The notes: generated from the sequence alone by a model not told the origin. Numbered from the stretch's first letter, positions 9,556-19,915 are shown. The stretch: 20,000 nt of DNA from Hydrurus foetidus (GCA_900617105.1 UYFQ01000046.1:44110-64109); one strand, 5' to 3'. Numbers and translations: made by a program.

Positions 9556-11435
9556 GAAGTGAGGGTGGCCGATTCGGCGGAAATCGGCTGACTCCGGTGA
9601 CTGTGACCGGTGTGTGTTGTCACAGCCGGTGACTGTGACCGGCTGACTCCGGTGTGTGTGTTGTTACAGTGTGTGTTCATGAAGAGTGTACGCGTGTAAC
9701 GATTGTGGCCGACGACCCCACACGTGTGGCATGTGTTGGTGGAGCGACTGAGGCCGTTGTGTTCGTAGTCCTGTGAACGTGAGAACATGCTTTTGTATTG
9801 GGACTGCGGCACGTACTCGTTGGGTGGTGTGTCGGCCTGTTCCCTTAGGGTGAGTTTTGTTTTGAAGTGGTATAACAATCCACCCATGTTTTGTGCGTCC
9901 TCAACTGTTCGGCGGGATTTCTGTAAACAGATGTTGAGGCGCTGAATCATGTCGGGGATGTTATCCTTCTTTTTCCCTTTGATGTATTTTTTGGTTTGGG
10001 CCATGAAGTTGTCGGTGAATTTGTTGTTGATGGGTAGCTTCTTGTAGAAGATTTTACACATGTCATCATGTGTTGTTGAGTCAATCAGAGAATATTCGCT
10101 GTAGTGTCCCAAGATGATGTCTCGGAACTGCGCGATTGAGGCGTCCTCGAGGGATTCGTCTTGCCAGCAAAATTCGAATTGGAAATTTTTTAAAGATAAA
10201 TCCAATTCGAATGTTGTCAGCGTACGTTTGTTATCGTAGTAGATTTTTTTAAGATCTTCTGCGATTTCCTGAAGGGTGAGTGTCCCCGAGGGGAGTTCGG
10301 GCCAGGCTTTACACTCAGCTCTGGTGTAACCGGTTTCCTTCATGTGTTTGACTAACCGATCTTGGATCGATAGTCTCGCCTCTTTCTCAATGACTTCGTC
10401 CCATTTGGATTTAAATCCCGGGCGATATGCCTGTTGGTAGAAAAGGCGTGCTGCCTTATCCATTCCACCAAACAGGGCTTTTCGGTCCAACATGAAAACC
10501 TCTCTCATATTAATGAGTGAGGTGGATATTTCTCGGGCTTCCTTTTGGGGGTCGCGGGACTCATAGACGAGATCTGTGTCATCTTGTTTGCGTTTTCGAA
10601 TAGGTTTTTCAGCTGTCGGTTTAGACGCGACTGATGTTACCTTTGCTTTTGCTGATGATGTAGATGAGGATGATGATGATTTGTCTTGTTTGGTAGCCCT
10701 TGCGGGCTTCTTCTTCGCCAGAGGCTTGATAGCCAATGGTTTAGATTTTTTAGACTTGACGACAGGGAGTTCGACAGCGTCTGAGTTTGACTTGTCGTCG
10801 TCGTTATCGTCTTCCTCGTTGTCGTCGTTGTCTTCATCATCATCCTCGCCGTTGTCGTCGGCGTCGTCATTGGTGACGTCGTCGTCGGCGTCGTCAGTGT
10901 CGCTGTTGTCGTCATCGTCCTCGTCCTCCATCATCGTCGTCGTCGTCGTCCTCCTCAGACGAGGAGTTGTCGTTCTTTTCCTCCTTCTCCTCTTGCGACT
11001 GTTTAACGTCTTGGTTGTTGTTGTCGTCATCAAGAGGAGTTGGTGGGGTGACTCGACTGACTGATAGGGGCGTTGGTTTGTGTCGACGGATGCGACGAGG
11101 TCCCTCATTTCTTCCTCGTCAGCGCCAACTTTGTCTGCCCATTCTTGCAGCTTAGCAATGCGTTCGCGTTCTGCGATGCGCATTTTATTTGCTTCGCGCT
11201 TGGTTATCTTGCCGCGAGCGGCTTCGTCTTGAAGACGTGTTGGGGTATCTCCGACTCGGATGGCTTCCTTAGCCAGAGCCGCAGTGGATTTTTCGACATT
11301 GCGGAGGAGTTCCCGCTCCGCTGCTGCGTGTTTTTGCCTCGCAGTTTGCGGAAGCTGGCGCTGGTCGGATGGGTTTGAACCCTCAGAGATAGCATCGCTA
11401 GAGCTCCGTTTGTTGGCATTTTTGCCTTTGGCCAT
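9528..11435 (-). CDS. gag: Gag of element A (likely start MAKGKN at 11435); acidic and basic low-complexity N-terminal half, degenerate zinc knuckle
   Basis: Long ORF between the 5' LTR and pol; CHTCGVVGHNRYTR fits CX2CX4HX4C with the last Cys replaced by Arg; overlaps the pol frame (-1). Confidence 0.85.
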   Translation of the reverse strand: MAKGKNANKRSSSDAISEGSNPSDQRQLPQTARQKHAAAERELLRNVEKSTAALAKEAIRVGDTPTRLQDEAARGKITKREANKMRIAERERIAKLQEWADKVGADEEEMRDLVASVDTNQRPYQSVESPHQLLLMTTTTTKTLNSRKRRRRKRTTTPRLRRTTTTTMMEDEDDDDNSDTDDADDDVTNDDADDNGEDDDEDNDDNEEDDNDDDKSNSDAVELPVVKSKKSKPLAIKPLAKKKPARATKQDKSSSSSSTSSAKAKVTSVASKPTAEKPIRKRKQDDTDLVYESRDPQKEAREISTSLINMREVFMLDRKALFGGMDKAARLFYQQAYRPGFKSKWDEVIEKEARLSIQDRLVKHMKETGYTRAECKAWPELPSGTLTLQEIAEDLKKIYYDNKRTLTTFELDLSLKNFQFEFCWQDESLEDASIAQFRDIILGHYSEYSLIDSTTHDDMCKIFYKKLPINNKFTDNFMAQTKKYIKGKKKDNIPDMIQRLNICLQKSRRTVEDAQNMGGLLYHFKTKLTLREQADTPPNEYVPQSQYKSMFSRSQDYEHNGLSRSTNTCHTCGVVGHNRYTRTLFMNTHCNNTHTGVSRSQSPAVTTHTGHSHRSQPISAESATLTSCQTSTSTG

Positions 11436-11979
11436 CTTGAAAAGTCGTCGGCAGTTGGATCGATGGCGCTTCCTGTCTTGGTCAGCAACGGAACTCGGAC
11501 GCTCTGCTAAATGATCAGTAGGATGTGCTCCTTCGAAAGAGCTGTTGGTGGTATGTTGGCGGCTGTAAAAAGTGAAGATTAGATTAAGATGCTTTCCCCC
11601 CGATTTCGGGAGAAAATTGATGGAAAGTTGAATAGGACGGTGGAGCTCGCAGGACACGAAGTTGGGCGCGACGTCTGTAGGCTTTCGTTTACGAACGAAT
11701 TTGATGTTTTCACTTGCTTACAAGTTACTCGCTTGCGTTGTCCTTCAAGTTTTGAATGGAGCAACGATTTAAGTCGGAAAAAGTCGTCGAGACGAAATTT
11801 TTACTGGAAGCGTTTCAGAGGCTGTCGCCTTGACAGAGCCTTTGTAGTGTGTTTTTATGATGTTTTCACTTATAAAAGTTACTCGCTTGGTGCGGCACGC
11901 CTTTGAAAAGGACGCTGCCGACTTTTTTTTTTGGATGTTTTTGGAAGCTGGTCTCGTAGAGAGATCCTAGCTGATTCCA

Positions 11980-11991
11980 AATACCGGTATT
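11980..11991 (-). other. 12-bp perfect palindrome AATACCGGTATT at the primer-binding-site position of element A
   Basis: Includes the last base of the 5' LTR and the next 11 nt; no TGG-initiated PBS adjacent to the LTR. Confidence 0.85.
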
Positions 11992-12206
11992 GTGGTCTCA
12001 CTAGGACTCTGGGCTGGAACGGAGGGCTGCTGGAACGCGGGCGAAGGAAAGGGGGTGATGGGGCTGGTGCTATGGATAGCAAAGTGGTTAGCTTACAGAT
12101 AAACACAGCAGGTATCATGGCAATGAATCGTGTGGATCGGATCGTCCTCGATCCGATCCGAACGTACGCCTGTACCCGTACCGCCCGTACGGGTGTACGG
12201 GTCACA
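11991..12206 (-). repeat. 5' LTR of element A (216 bp)
   Basis: Appears identical to 4688..4903; followed on the + strand by TSD ATCC. Confidence 0.97.
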
Positions 12207-12474
12207 ATCCAAACGATTTCTCATTATTGAGTCCCAAACATGGTTGTGTCAAAAAGTGGTCGATGTCGCGGCATCCCGATTTTTTCGATCAAATTTCACC
12301 TTTCGAATTTTTTGACAGAGGACGGCAGAGAACTTGAATGGACTCGTTGGAAACACTGGTTGCTTTGCAAGAAGATGGAGAGTTGACTGATATTGTGATC
12401 GATGAATGGCTACGGTTCGATGTTTTCATGGTGACTAAATATTGGACGTAAAAGTGTCCTAAATCACAGAAACT

Positions 12475-12498
12475 CCGCAAACATAGGGTCGGCGACGG
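12475..12498 (-). repeat. Right terminal inverted repeat of the DNA transposon
   Basis: Exact reverse complement of 176..199; followed by TA. Confidence 0.95.
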
Positions 12499-12584
12499 TA
12501 TAGCAGTTAGTACTCACGCGTGTACGTTCATATACATATACACGCATACGTACCCCTGTACTATCGCCATGTATCAGTTAGTAC
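12499..12584. repeat. Continuation of the ~71-bp degenerate tandem repeat interrupted by the DNA transposon
   Basis: cagttagtac recurs at 12504 and 12575; the unit matches 125..175. Confidence 0.75.
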
Positions 12585-12973
12585 GAACCCTCTGACCTCA
12601 CGCAAATGAACGTTCGCCTTTCATGATTCTTCAGTATCGCCAAAACACTTCGTTACTATAAGCATTCATGCAACGTTCCTCAAGCACATGCTATGAACAA
12701 CACATCTCGCTGTGAACTTTGTCTCAAGGTAGTTTCATTGTCATGAAGTGTTCCGATAGCTCTTTTGCGTGGCTATCTGTAAACTCTAATCAGAATTTAA
12801 TACGTTCTACTTCACAGCTTCGTCTACTCGATAGCTCACTGAATCAATTTTCTCGTACGCGCACAACGATAAGGACGAAACATACGAAATAATGAATCCT
12901 ATTTTGGTCTACGAGAAAACCTAAAATTCGTTCTCGTAAATGGGCCGCGATAAGGAATAGCCTAAATTAAGAT

Positions 12974-13081
12974 TTAGGAGATGCCGCCACGGCAGCGCAG
13001 GTTCTCTGGCGTGGAAGGAGCAGGGACCGCTGACCGGAGCCGGACCCCTCAGGGACGGAGATAGGGGGGAATACCACGGGA
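12974..13081. repeat. 108-bp GC-rich direct repeat, copy 1
   Basis: Appears identical to 13630..13737. Confidence 0.93.
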
Positions 13082-13629
13082 CAACGCCACGCGGCAAACG
13101 GAACTTGGACCGCTACCCCATGTCGTGTTATTAGCCTCAACGTAGTTTAGTTCGTCACAACATACATTTGAAAAAGAGGGTTCAAATGCGATGGATGGAA
13201 ATTGAAGTGTTTGTTGATGACAGCACACTGTCACAATTATTTGAAACGCCTGATTTCAAGGAGATCCATCATCGTTCAATTCACCCCGTAGCCAGCCATT
13301 CCTACAGGGATATTATAACGTTTACAATGAATTTGTTGTTTGATGTTACCTGATCACTTGCGTGTCAGCTGGTGAAGAGCATCCTGACCCAAGGTCTGCC
13401 CCTGCGACCCCGACCCCAAACCCCAGTCTGGGCGGGGGAAGGGTGACCAAATAGGCTAGACGCGCAAGCGACACCACCCGTAAGTTAACATTATCAACGC
13501 ATTCGTTTAAAGCAATCCGGCCTTCCTTTCGTGCTCGGCAAGCGAGGGGCGTAGTAGGAGTGGAGCACGACAGGGAGCCCGGAAACCAGTATTACCCAAA
13601 GGGGACAGGACACTGACAGCAGAAGAGAG

Positions 13630-13737
13630 TTAGGAGATGCCGCCACGGCAGCGCAGGTTCTCTGGCGTGGAAGGAGCAGGGACCGCTGACCGGAGCCGGA
13701 CCCCTCAGGGACGGAGATAGGGGGGAATACCACGGGA
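13630..13737. repeat. 108-bp GC-rich direct repeat, copy 2, cut by insertion of element B
   Basis: Identity to copy 1 ends exactly where TGTGG (13738) begins. Confidence 0.93.
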
Positions 13738-13933
13738 TGTGGTAGTTCCGGGTCCAAGGTCCCGATCCTACCGGATAGTACTACGGTACACTACTCACCG
13801 TACACTACAGTCTGTTGTATCGTCGTAGTTACCTACAGCCTCCACGTAGAAGTTAACCCTAGCTTCTAGCTTCACGCTGTAACTAACCTACCTCCTCTAG
13901 CCTTTCCCTCTTCCTTTCCCATCCAGAGCCACA
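13738..13933 (+). repeat. Putative 5' LTR of element B (196 bp)
   Basis: TGTGG...CCACA inverted termini; starts at the break in the 108-bp repeat; shares CTGTAA(G)CTAACC, a pyrimidine-rich 3' part and the CCACA end with the LTR of element A. The second copy is not visible in the window. Confidence 0.8.
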
Positions 13934-13944
13934 ATAGCGCTATT
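13933..13944 (+). other. 12-bp perfect palindrome AATAGCGCTATT at the primer-binding-site position of element B
   Basis: Same position relative to the LTR end as in element A. Confidence 0.8.
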
Positions 13945-14494
13945 ACCGCTCATCCCTCTTCACTTTCTTTTCTAAAATCTACTTGGCCTATCTATAGATA
14001 GACTTCCAACGGAGTAGATATACTCCACGACTTCCGAGGAGTCTCCGAAGCTCCGAGAACGTAGTTTAAGTTTACGAAAGTTTGGCATAACCGCTTTCCT
14101 CTTGGAACTCCTCGAAAGGCATTTCCAAAAGTTCGTTTCTGGTCGAAGTCGCGAGAGCCTTCCCAACTCGAAATTAAGGAGTCTTCCGTTTGCAATTTGG
14201 ACACTGGATCCATTGTTAGAGACATCAGATTAGTCTAAGGACGTCTTTTTGTCAGCAGGAAGTTCCTCCTTCATCCTCAAGAGGACCTCAAATTTTTCAC
14301 CACTCGAAATTCGGCTTTCTTGCCATAGAATGTGTCTCGAGAAGAGTTGGTTGAAATTCGATTATTCGCTGTTATTTGCGTAAAGTATCCATTAAGCGAA
14401 CGAGGCGAAGCTCTCGCAAATTTTTTTGACGAGGAACGCTCGTCCTGGCTTCGATGTAACTCGATTTATATCTCGATTCATCTTTCGATAAGAG

Positions 14495-15906
14495 ATGGCA
14501 GAGAATTCTCTCGATCCTGAGCCTCGGCCGAATCCGAGAGATAACGAATATGAGAATGAGGAAGTAGTGGATGAAGGAGGAAATGTCCTTAACATCTCAC
14601 AAAACTCACAATCGTCAAGTCTGGGTTTCCCACAGACGTTACAGATCCAGCGAGAGATATTCGTCCTACGAGGAGATTATATCACTCCGCAGGACGTTGA
14701 AGACTTTTATGAGCAAGCTCAACGCATACCTCATCTGCGCATTAAAGAATGCATGCAGCGTCAAGCAATCGATTTGCTTCATGTGACGATCATGACTGAT
14801 CAGTCGACTCTGTCAGTTATTACCAACGAGCAGAGACTTAATTGGCAGAACCTCCTCCCGATAGAGAGTGTTGCCACGTTGGTAATGCAATACTTTTGCA
14901 CAAACAAGCAAGGGGATCATACCTTAGCAGAACTGTTTGCTAGGGTCCCGTTTCACTACTCTCTTTCCTCTGATGAGGAAGAGTTAGTAACGTACATGGC
15001 GTACAAAGACATCGCTACCGATCACGAACGTGTCCGTCGTATCACTACTTCACAGCACGACGAATTGATTTCGATTCTAGAGAAACGACTTCCTCGAGGG
15101 AGTCGCATCCTAGTGGATTACGTAACCCACAAGTCAAGGGACAACGAGTCTCCTAAGACGTGGGAAGTCGCTATATGGCCGTATTAATGCAGTCGTTACT
15201 GCGGCACGAGAGACAATCCGTATGAGCAGGAGTTATGGCAACCCTGACATTGTCTACTCGTTTCCGAGTACAGCAGTACCTCCTCCCCGTTCGACGAAGA
15301 AGCGGGCGAGTACACTGGCGATACGTGATTTGGATACCCCAAGTGGGAGTAACAACCTGACGGTACGTTCGTCTACAGACGTATCGTTAGTGGCCACTGC
15401 CCGGGTCTGTCGCTCGTGCGGCAACCCTGCACATATTCTTAACGAATGCCCAGTCTTGTACTACACCGACACCAATAACGATCATAACTGTAACTGGTCG
15501 GATTCGGTTGTAGGTAAGGCATGGCTAGCACAAGGTGAAGTTATGTGGTAGGAGAGACTCATCTTACCTGGGTACGAGACCAGGGAAAGATACCACCCTG
15601 CGGGTTCGCCACCGTACTTAATGTGCGACAGCAAGAAGCTGAAAGGCAACCAATGTGAGGGAAAAGGGTCCAACCCAAACCAAGGCAACCAAAACCAAGG
15701 TTTCGAAAACCGCGGGAATCAAAACCAAGGTAACCAGAACCAAGGTTACGGTAACCAAAACTACCATAACCGCAACCAAGGAAACCCCGGTCTTGGGGGT
15801 AACCAAGGTAGTGGTAGAGGGTACCAGGGGAAGAATCCCCGAGGGGGTAAATACAACCCGCCCCAAGGGGATTACAATGCGAACGCCGGCTCCGCAAACC
15901 AACAAG
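14495..15906 (+). pseudogene. gag: Gag region of element B (frameshift near 15180, TAG at 15549..15551), zinc knuckle and NQG-repeat tail
   Basis: ORFs 14495..15187, 15222..15551 (CRSCGNPAHILNEC) and the start of 15621..17093 (NQGNQNQG repeats). Confidence 0.82.
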
Positions 15907-18900
15907 GTATATATGATCATGATGTCAATTCATCTGATACCACTGACATACAGCATTCAGTATCATGCGGTACTGCATCTGTCATTTCAGCAATTCTTCT
16001 CGATGAATTTCAGCATGACCCATCAACTCTACCTCCTGATCACTTACACGTTACGGTTTTGGTACAGGATAAGGATAAGGATAAGGAGCGCCATTCTAGC
16101 GTACGACGCACTGTGGGCAAGGCCGTACTCGACACCGCCAACTACTCCGAGGATTTTATTTCTTTCACGATGATTAAAAAGATTGATGCTATGCATGACT
16201 ACTATGCGGCTCCTACAGCCATTACTGTTTGCTCTGGTCTCGATGGCCAGTGTTATATAAATAACGAAATGATTGATTTAATTCTTAAATTTCATTCTTA
16301 TGACGGCGAGTGTCATACTATTCCTTTAACAATGCGGGTTAATAGGAACACAGATATTGAACTTTTATTAAGTCGAAAAACTGTAAATAAATATGATTTT
16401 ATGTCATTAACACCTTTCGCTTTTGGTATTTCTCCCGAGCTTAGTGCTGAGAACAAAAGGAAGCGTGATGCTCGTTGGCTCGAGTTTGAAGAAAGGGAAG
16501 CGATAGCCAAGCTCGACCCGCTTCACTGGCACAAATATACCAGACGTATGATATCTGAGGGTTTCGTACCCGAAGAACCGGAAGTAGAGTCGATTACCCC
16601 AACATACGATATGTTGAAGGGTATCACAAAGGCAAAACTTTCGGATCGGAGAGAACCATACGGTCTATGCCCAAGGCCAACACCTAAGAAGGCCATTCTG
16701 CACGCACCTCTAACCAAGGAAGTCGTGGGGTCAGGCTGTCATACAACGTTCACGTGTAACGTTACCCAGGATGGTACCAAGGGAGTCGCGACCCAAAGTC
16801 CATGTGGTGATGTGGGTTGTGAGCGACTGGACAGTGTCACGACTGTACTCGCGAAACGTACGGGTGATACCCCGCACCTAGATGGTGACTCGATTCCCAT
16901 CCTCACACATACCTCTGGGGACACTGTTACATCAGACTATGACGCGGAAGCCATATGGCCAAGCGGTGTCGCACTCTCCGTTGACGAGATTGACGATGAT
17001 AAAACTGATACCTTCGCACCTTTCTTGCGTGACAAGACGTGCCGGAATGTACCGCCCAATGGGCCGGATGATTTTGTCTCAGATTCATTTTGAAGGAGAT
17101 GAAAGCCTTCAGAAGGATCTTCGTACTCTCTGTTCTGAATTCGCTGATATATTCAGTGATAAGCTAGCTCCGCAAGCTGCTGACCTCAAGCCGTTTGAGA
17201 TAAACCTGCCACGGCAGAAATGGGAGGTTCCATCGAACCACGCACCAGTGCGACCCCAATCCTCTAAAAAAGGAACATTACCTCCGCACTTCTATCGAAG
17301 AGATGTTGGAAGATGGTGTGATCGAGAGGTCGAACGCTGCATACTACAGTCATCCTGTAATGGTAAATAAGACAGCCGATACATATCGAACCTGCATCGA
17401 TTATCGCGCACTCAATGAATGCATTGAGCCGGCCTCCTTTCCACTACCAAATATCAAACACCTCTTTGAGAGGATCGGTAATCGAAAACCGGATATTTAT
17501 GGGGTGATGGATTTAACCGCGGGTTACCATCAAGCTCCTTTATATACACCCCACCGAATCTATACGGCATTTATATGTTTCATGGGGTGTTTCAATTCAC
17601 AAGATTGCCTTTTGGCCCTTGTCGTGCCCCCTCTTACTTTCAAGAGCAGATGGTGACAACGGTCCTTCACGGTCTCATATACAGCTGTTGCGAGATGTAT
17701 CTCGATGATTGCATTGTATATGGCCGGGGCGAAGCAGAGTTTCTTTTGAACTTGAGGAAAGTCTTTGAGAGATTTAGACTTAAAAATCTTAAACTCAAAG
17801 CAAAGAAATGCCGATTCGGTCTTAAACGTATCGAATACGTTGGACGAGTCATCGACAAAGATGGTTTATCCATGTCGAAAGAAAAGATTGAGACAGTTCT
17901 CAACTTCCACTTCCAAAAGAAGTTACGGCATTACGGGGATTCCTTGGCTTAGCCAATTATTTCCGTCAATTCGTTCCTTTTCACTCAGAAATGGTAAAAC
18001 CACTTCACATGATGGTGGACCCAAAGGCGGTTAAACGCTCACCAATTTTTTGGACCCTCGAAGGGACAAACGCATTCAATGAGACAAAGATCGCGGTATC
18101 TCGTTGTCCATTGATGTATTTCATCGATGATCACCCATCAGATTATATACTGATGCATCTGATTATGGAATCGGTGGTGTATTATTCCAAGTCATTAATG
18201 ACGAATGGAAACCAATTGCTTTTATTAGCAAATCTCTATCTGCAACTCAGATAAATTGGTCAACAATACAAAAGGAGGCTTATGCTATCTTTTATTGCTG
18301 CCAACAACTCGATTATCTTATTCGAGACAGAAAGTTCACTATTCATACCGATCATATGAATTTGACTTATATGAAACAGAACCCTACTTCGATGGTAGCA
18401 CGGTGGTTCATTGCAATGCAAGAACTCGATTTCACCGTTCATTTTGTTAAAGGATCGGATAACGAATTAGCCGATGCGCTGTCACGGTTATGTCCGAATC
18501 TTACTGAGATTGCTCTACCGATGACAATCACCAGAGATGTTTAACATCATCATCTTCATCTTCTTCAACAAGTGTGGCGGCTTTAACGGTTTTCGAACCG
18601 GCCACAGATGAACAAATACTTCATATTCAAATGTGCCACAATGCAATTGTTGGTCACAACGGTGTCGACCGTACCCTCACTCGACTGTACAGTCTAAACC
18701 AAGTGTGGAAAAATATGAAACAGCACGTACGTTCGTACATACGTAACTGTCCCTGTTGTCAAAAACTAAGTGCGGTTGATGCGAAAATCAATGCAGCTCA
18801 TTTTTCAACTTCCACTCACGCAATTTTCGATACGTTGAATATTGACTATGTGGGTCCTTTCCCCGATAAGGGGTATATTCTCGTCATAATTGACACCTTC

Positions 18901-19915
18901 TCCAGATGGACAGAAATGTTCTGGTGTAAGGACGCTACTGCCGAATCTGCAGCGGAGAGTTTATTAACACATTTTGGTCGATTCGGTTCGCCAAACATGA
19001 TAAGATCGGATCGTCGATCCCATTTCGCTTATGATCTCATAAAAAAAGTTCTTAGATCTTACGAGTACACCCCACAACCTCACACTATCTTACTCCTCTC
19101 AGGAGAATGCGATTGTTGAACGAGTCAACAAAGAGGTAAATAGACATTTAAAAGGACTGGTGTTCGATACACCATCTCTTGTCCATTATGCAAAATGCAT
19201 TCCGTTCGTACAACGAATTATTAATAGTTCAGTTAATAAACGTGCGGGTGCAAGTCCGGCATCTATCCTATTCGCGGATGAACTTGATTTTATACAGGAT
19301 AATAGAGGGATTTTAACACCTCATTTGTTACCAATGGTAACATCTTCAAATTCAACATACATTGCTGATTTAATCGTAATACAGGACAAAGTCCTCGATG
19401 CAGCAATGTGAATAAAAATACTTCATAAATGTGATGAAAAACACAAAAAGGCAACATCCGGTTAGACAGTGTTCCCTGTAGGGTCGTATGTCTTAGTAAA
19501 AGATAAACACCCTCCAACTCGATAGCACACAAAATGGAGAGGTCCTTTCCGTGTTGTATCCTTTGAAGGATCCGAGTATGTTCTCGCGAACTTAATTACA
19601 CATAAACACAATAGTGTACATGTGAAGAATCTTAAAATATTCAATTATGACCCTTCGATGGGCTTACCTGCTGATACAGCACGTCGCGATTACATGGAGT
19701 ATTTCGTTGAGAAAGTTCTTAATCACTCGGGTGATAAAAAGAAACCGACTACGATGTCGTTCCATGTAAAATGGCTCAACTATGATGACTCACATAATAC
19801 ATGGGAGCCTTGGAAGAATCTCCGGCTCTGTGATGCACTCCATGTATACTTGAGGAACAATAACATGTCGCGTTTTGTTCCCAGGAATATTGAGGGATCA
19901 ACCACCGAGGTTTGA
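15907..19915 (+). pseudogene. pol: pol region of element B (PR, RT, RH, IN, chromodomain) with multiple frameshifts and stops
   Basis: LDTA (PR); CIDYRALN, LPFGP, YLDD (RT); ADALSR (RH); CHNAIVGHNG..CPCC, NIDYVGP (IN); FHVKWLNY..NTWEPW (chromodomain, 19622..19915), split across many short ORFs in different frames. Confidence 0.93.

Larger units (their letters stand above)
4688..12206 (-). mobile_element. Full-length Ty3/Gypsy LTR retrotransposon with integrase chromodomain (chromovirus-type), element A, 7519 bp
   Basis: Two 216-bp TG..CA LTRs; TSD ATCC at 4684..4687 and 12207..12210; PPT; gag followed by PR-RT-RH-IN-chromodomain order. Confidence 0.97.
176..12498 (-). mobile_element. pogo/Fot1-like (Tc1/mariner superfamily, DD35D) DNA transposon; ~4.8 kb once the nested LTR element is removed
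   Basis: Perfect 24-bp TIRs at 176..199 and 12475..12498; TA at 174-175 and 12499-12500; internal HTH plus DDE_1-type transposase. The rebuilt empty site (tatcgccata|tagcagttagtac) matches the neighbouring repeat unit (tatcgccatgtatcagttagtac). Confidence 0.93.

Noticed and set aside
9233..11514. Plus-strand ORFs rich in Leu, Val, Cys or Ser opposite gag
   Set aside because: Antisense shadows of low-complexity Asn/Asp codon runs.
11966..11979. TGGAATCAG on the minus strand resembling a tRNA-iMet PBS (TGGTATCAGAGC)
   Set aside because: It starts 11 nt from the LTR end, is mismatched and short, and has no counterpart in element B.
12835..12890. GGACGAAAC suggesting a hammerhead ribozyme
   Set aside because: No upstream CTGANGA core or stem II partner is visible.
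12974..13737. TRIM-like mini LTR element (TGTTGT at 13334, ACAACA at 13161)
   Set aside because: No PBS or PPT next to these ends, and the repeat boundaries do not coincide with them.
15549..15551. Programmed stop-codon readthrough between gag and pol in element B
   Set aside because: The element carries many other stops and frameshifts and no readthrough context is evident, so decay is the simpler explanation.
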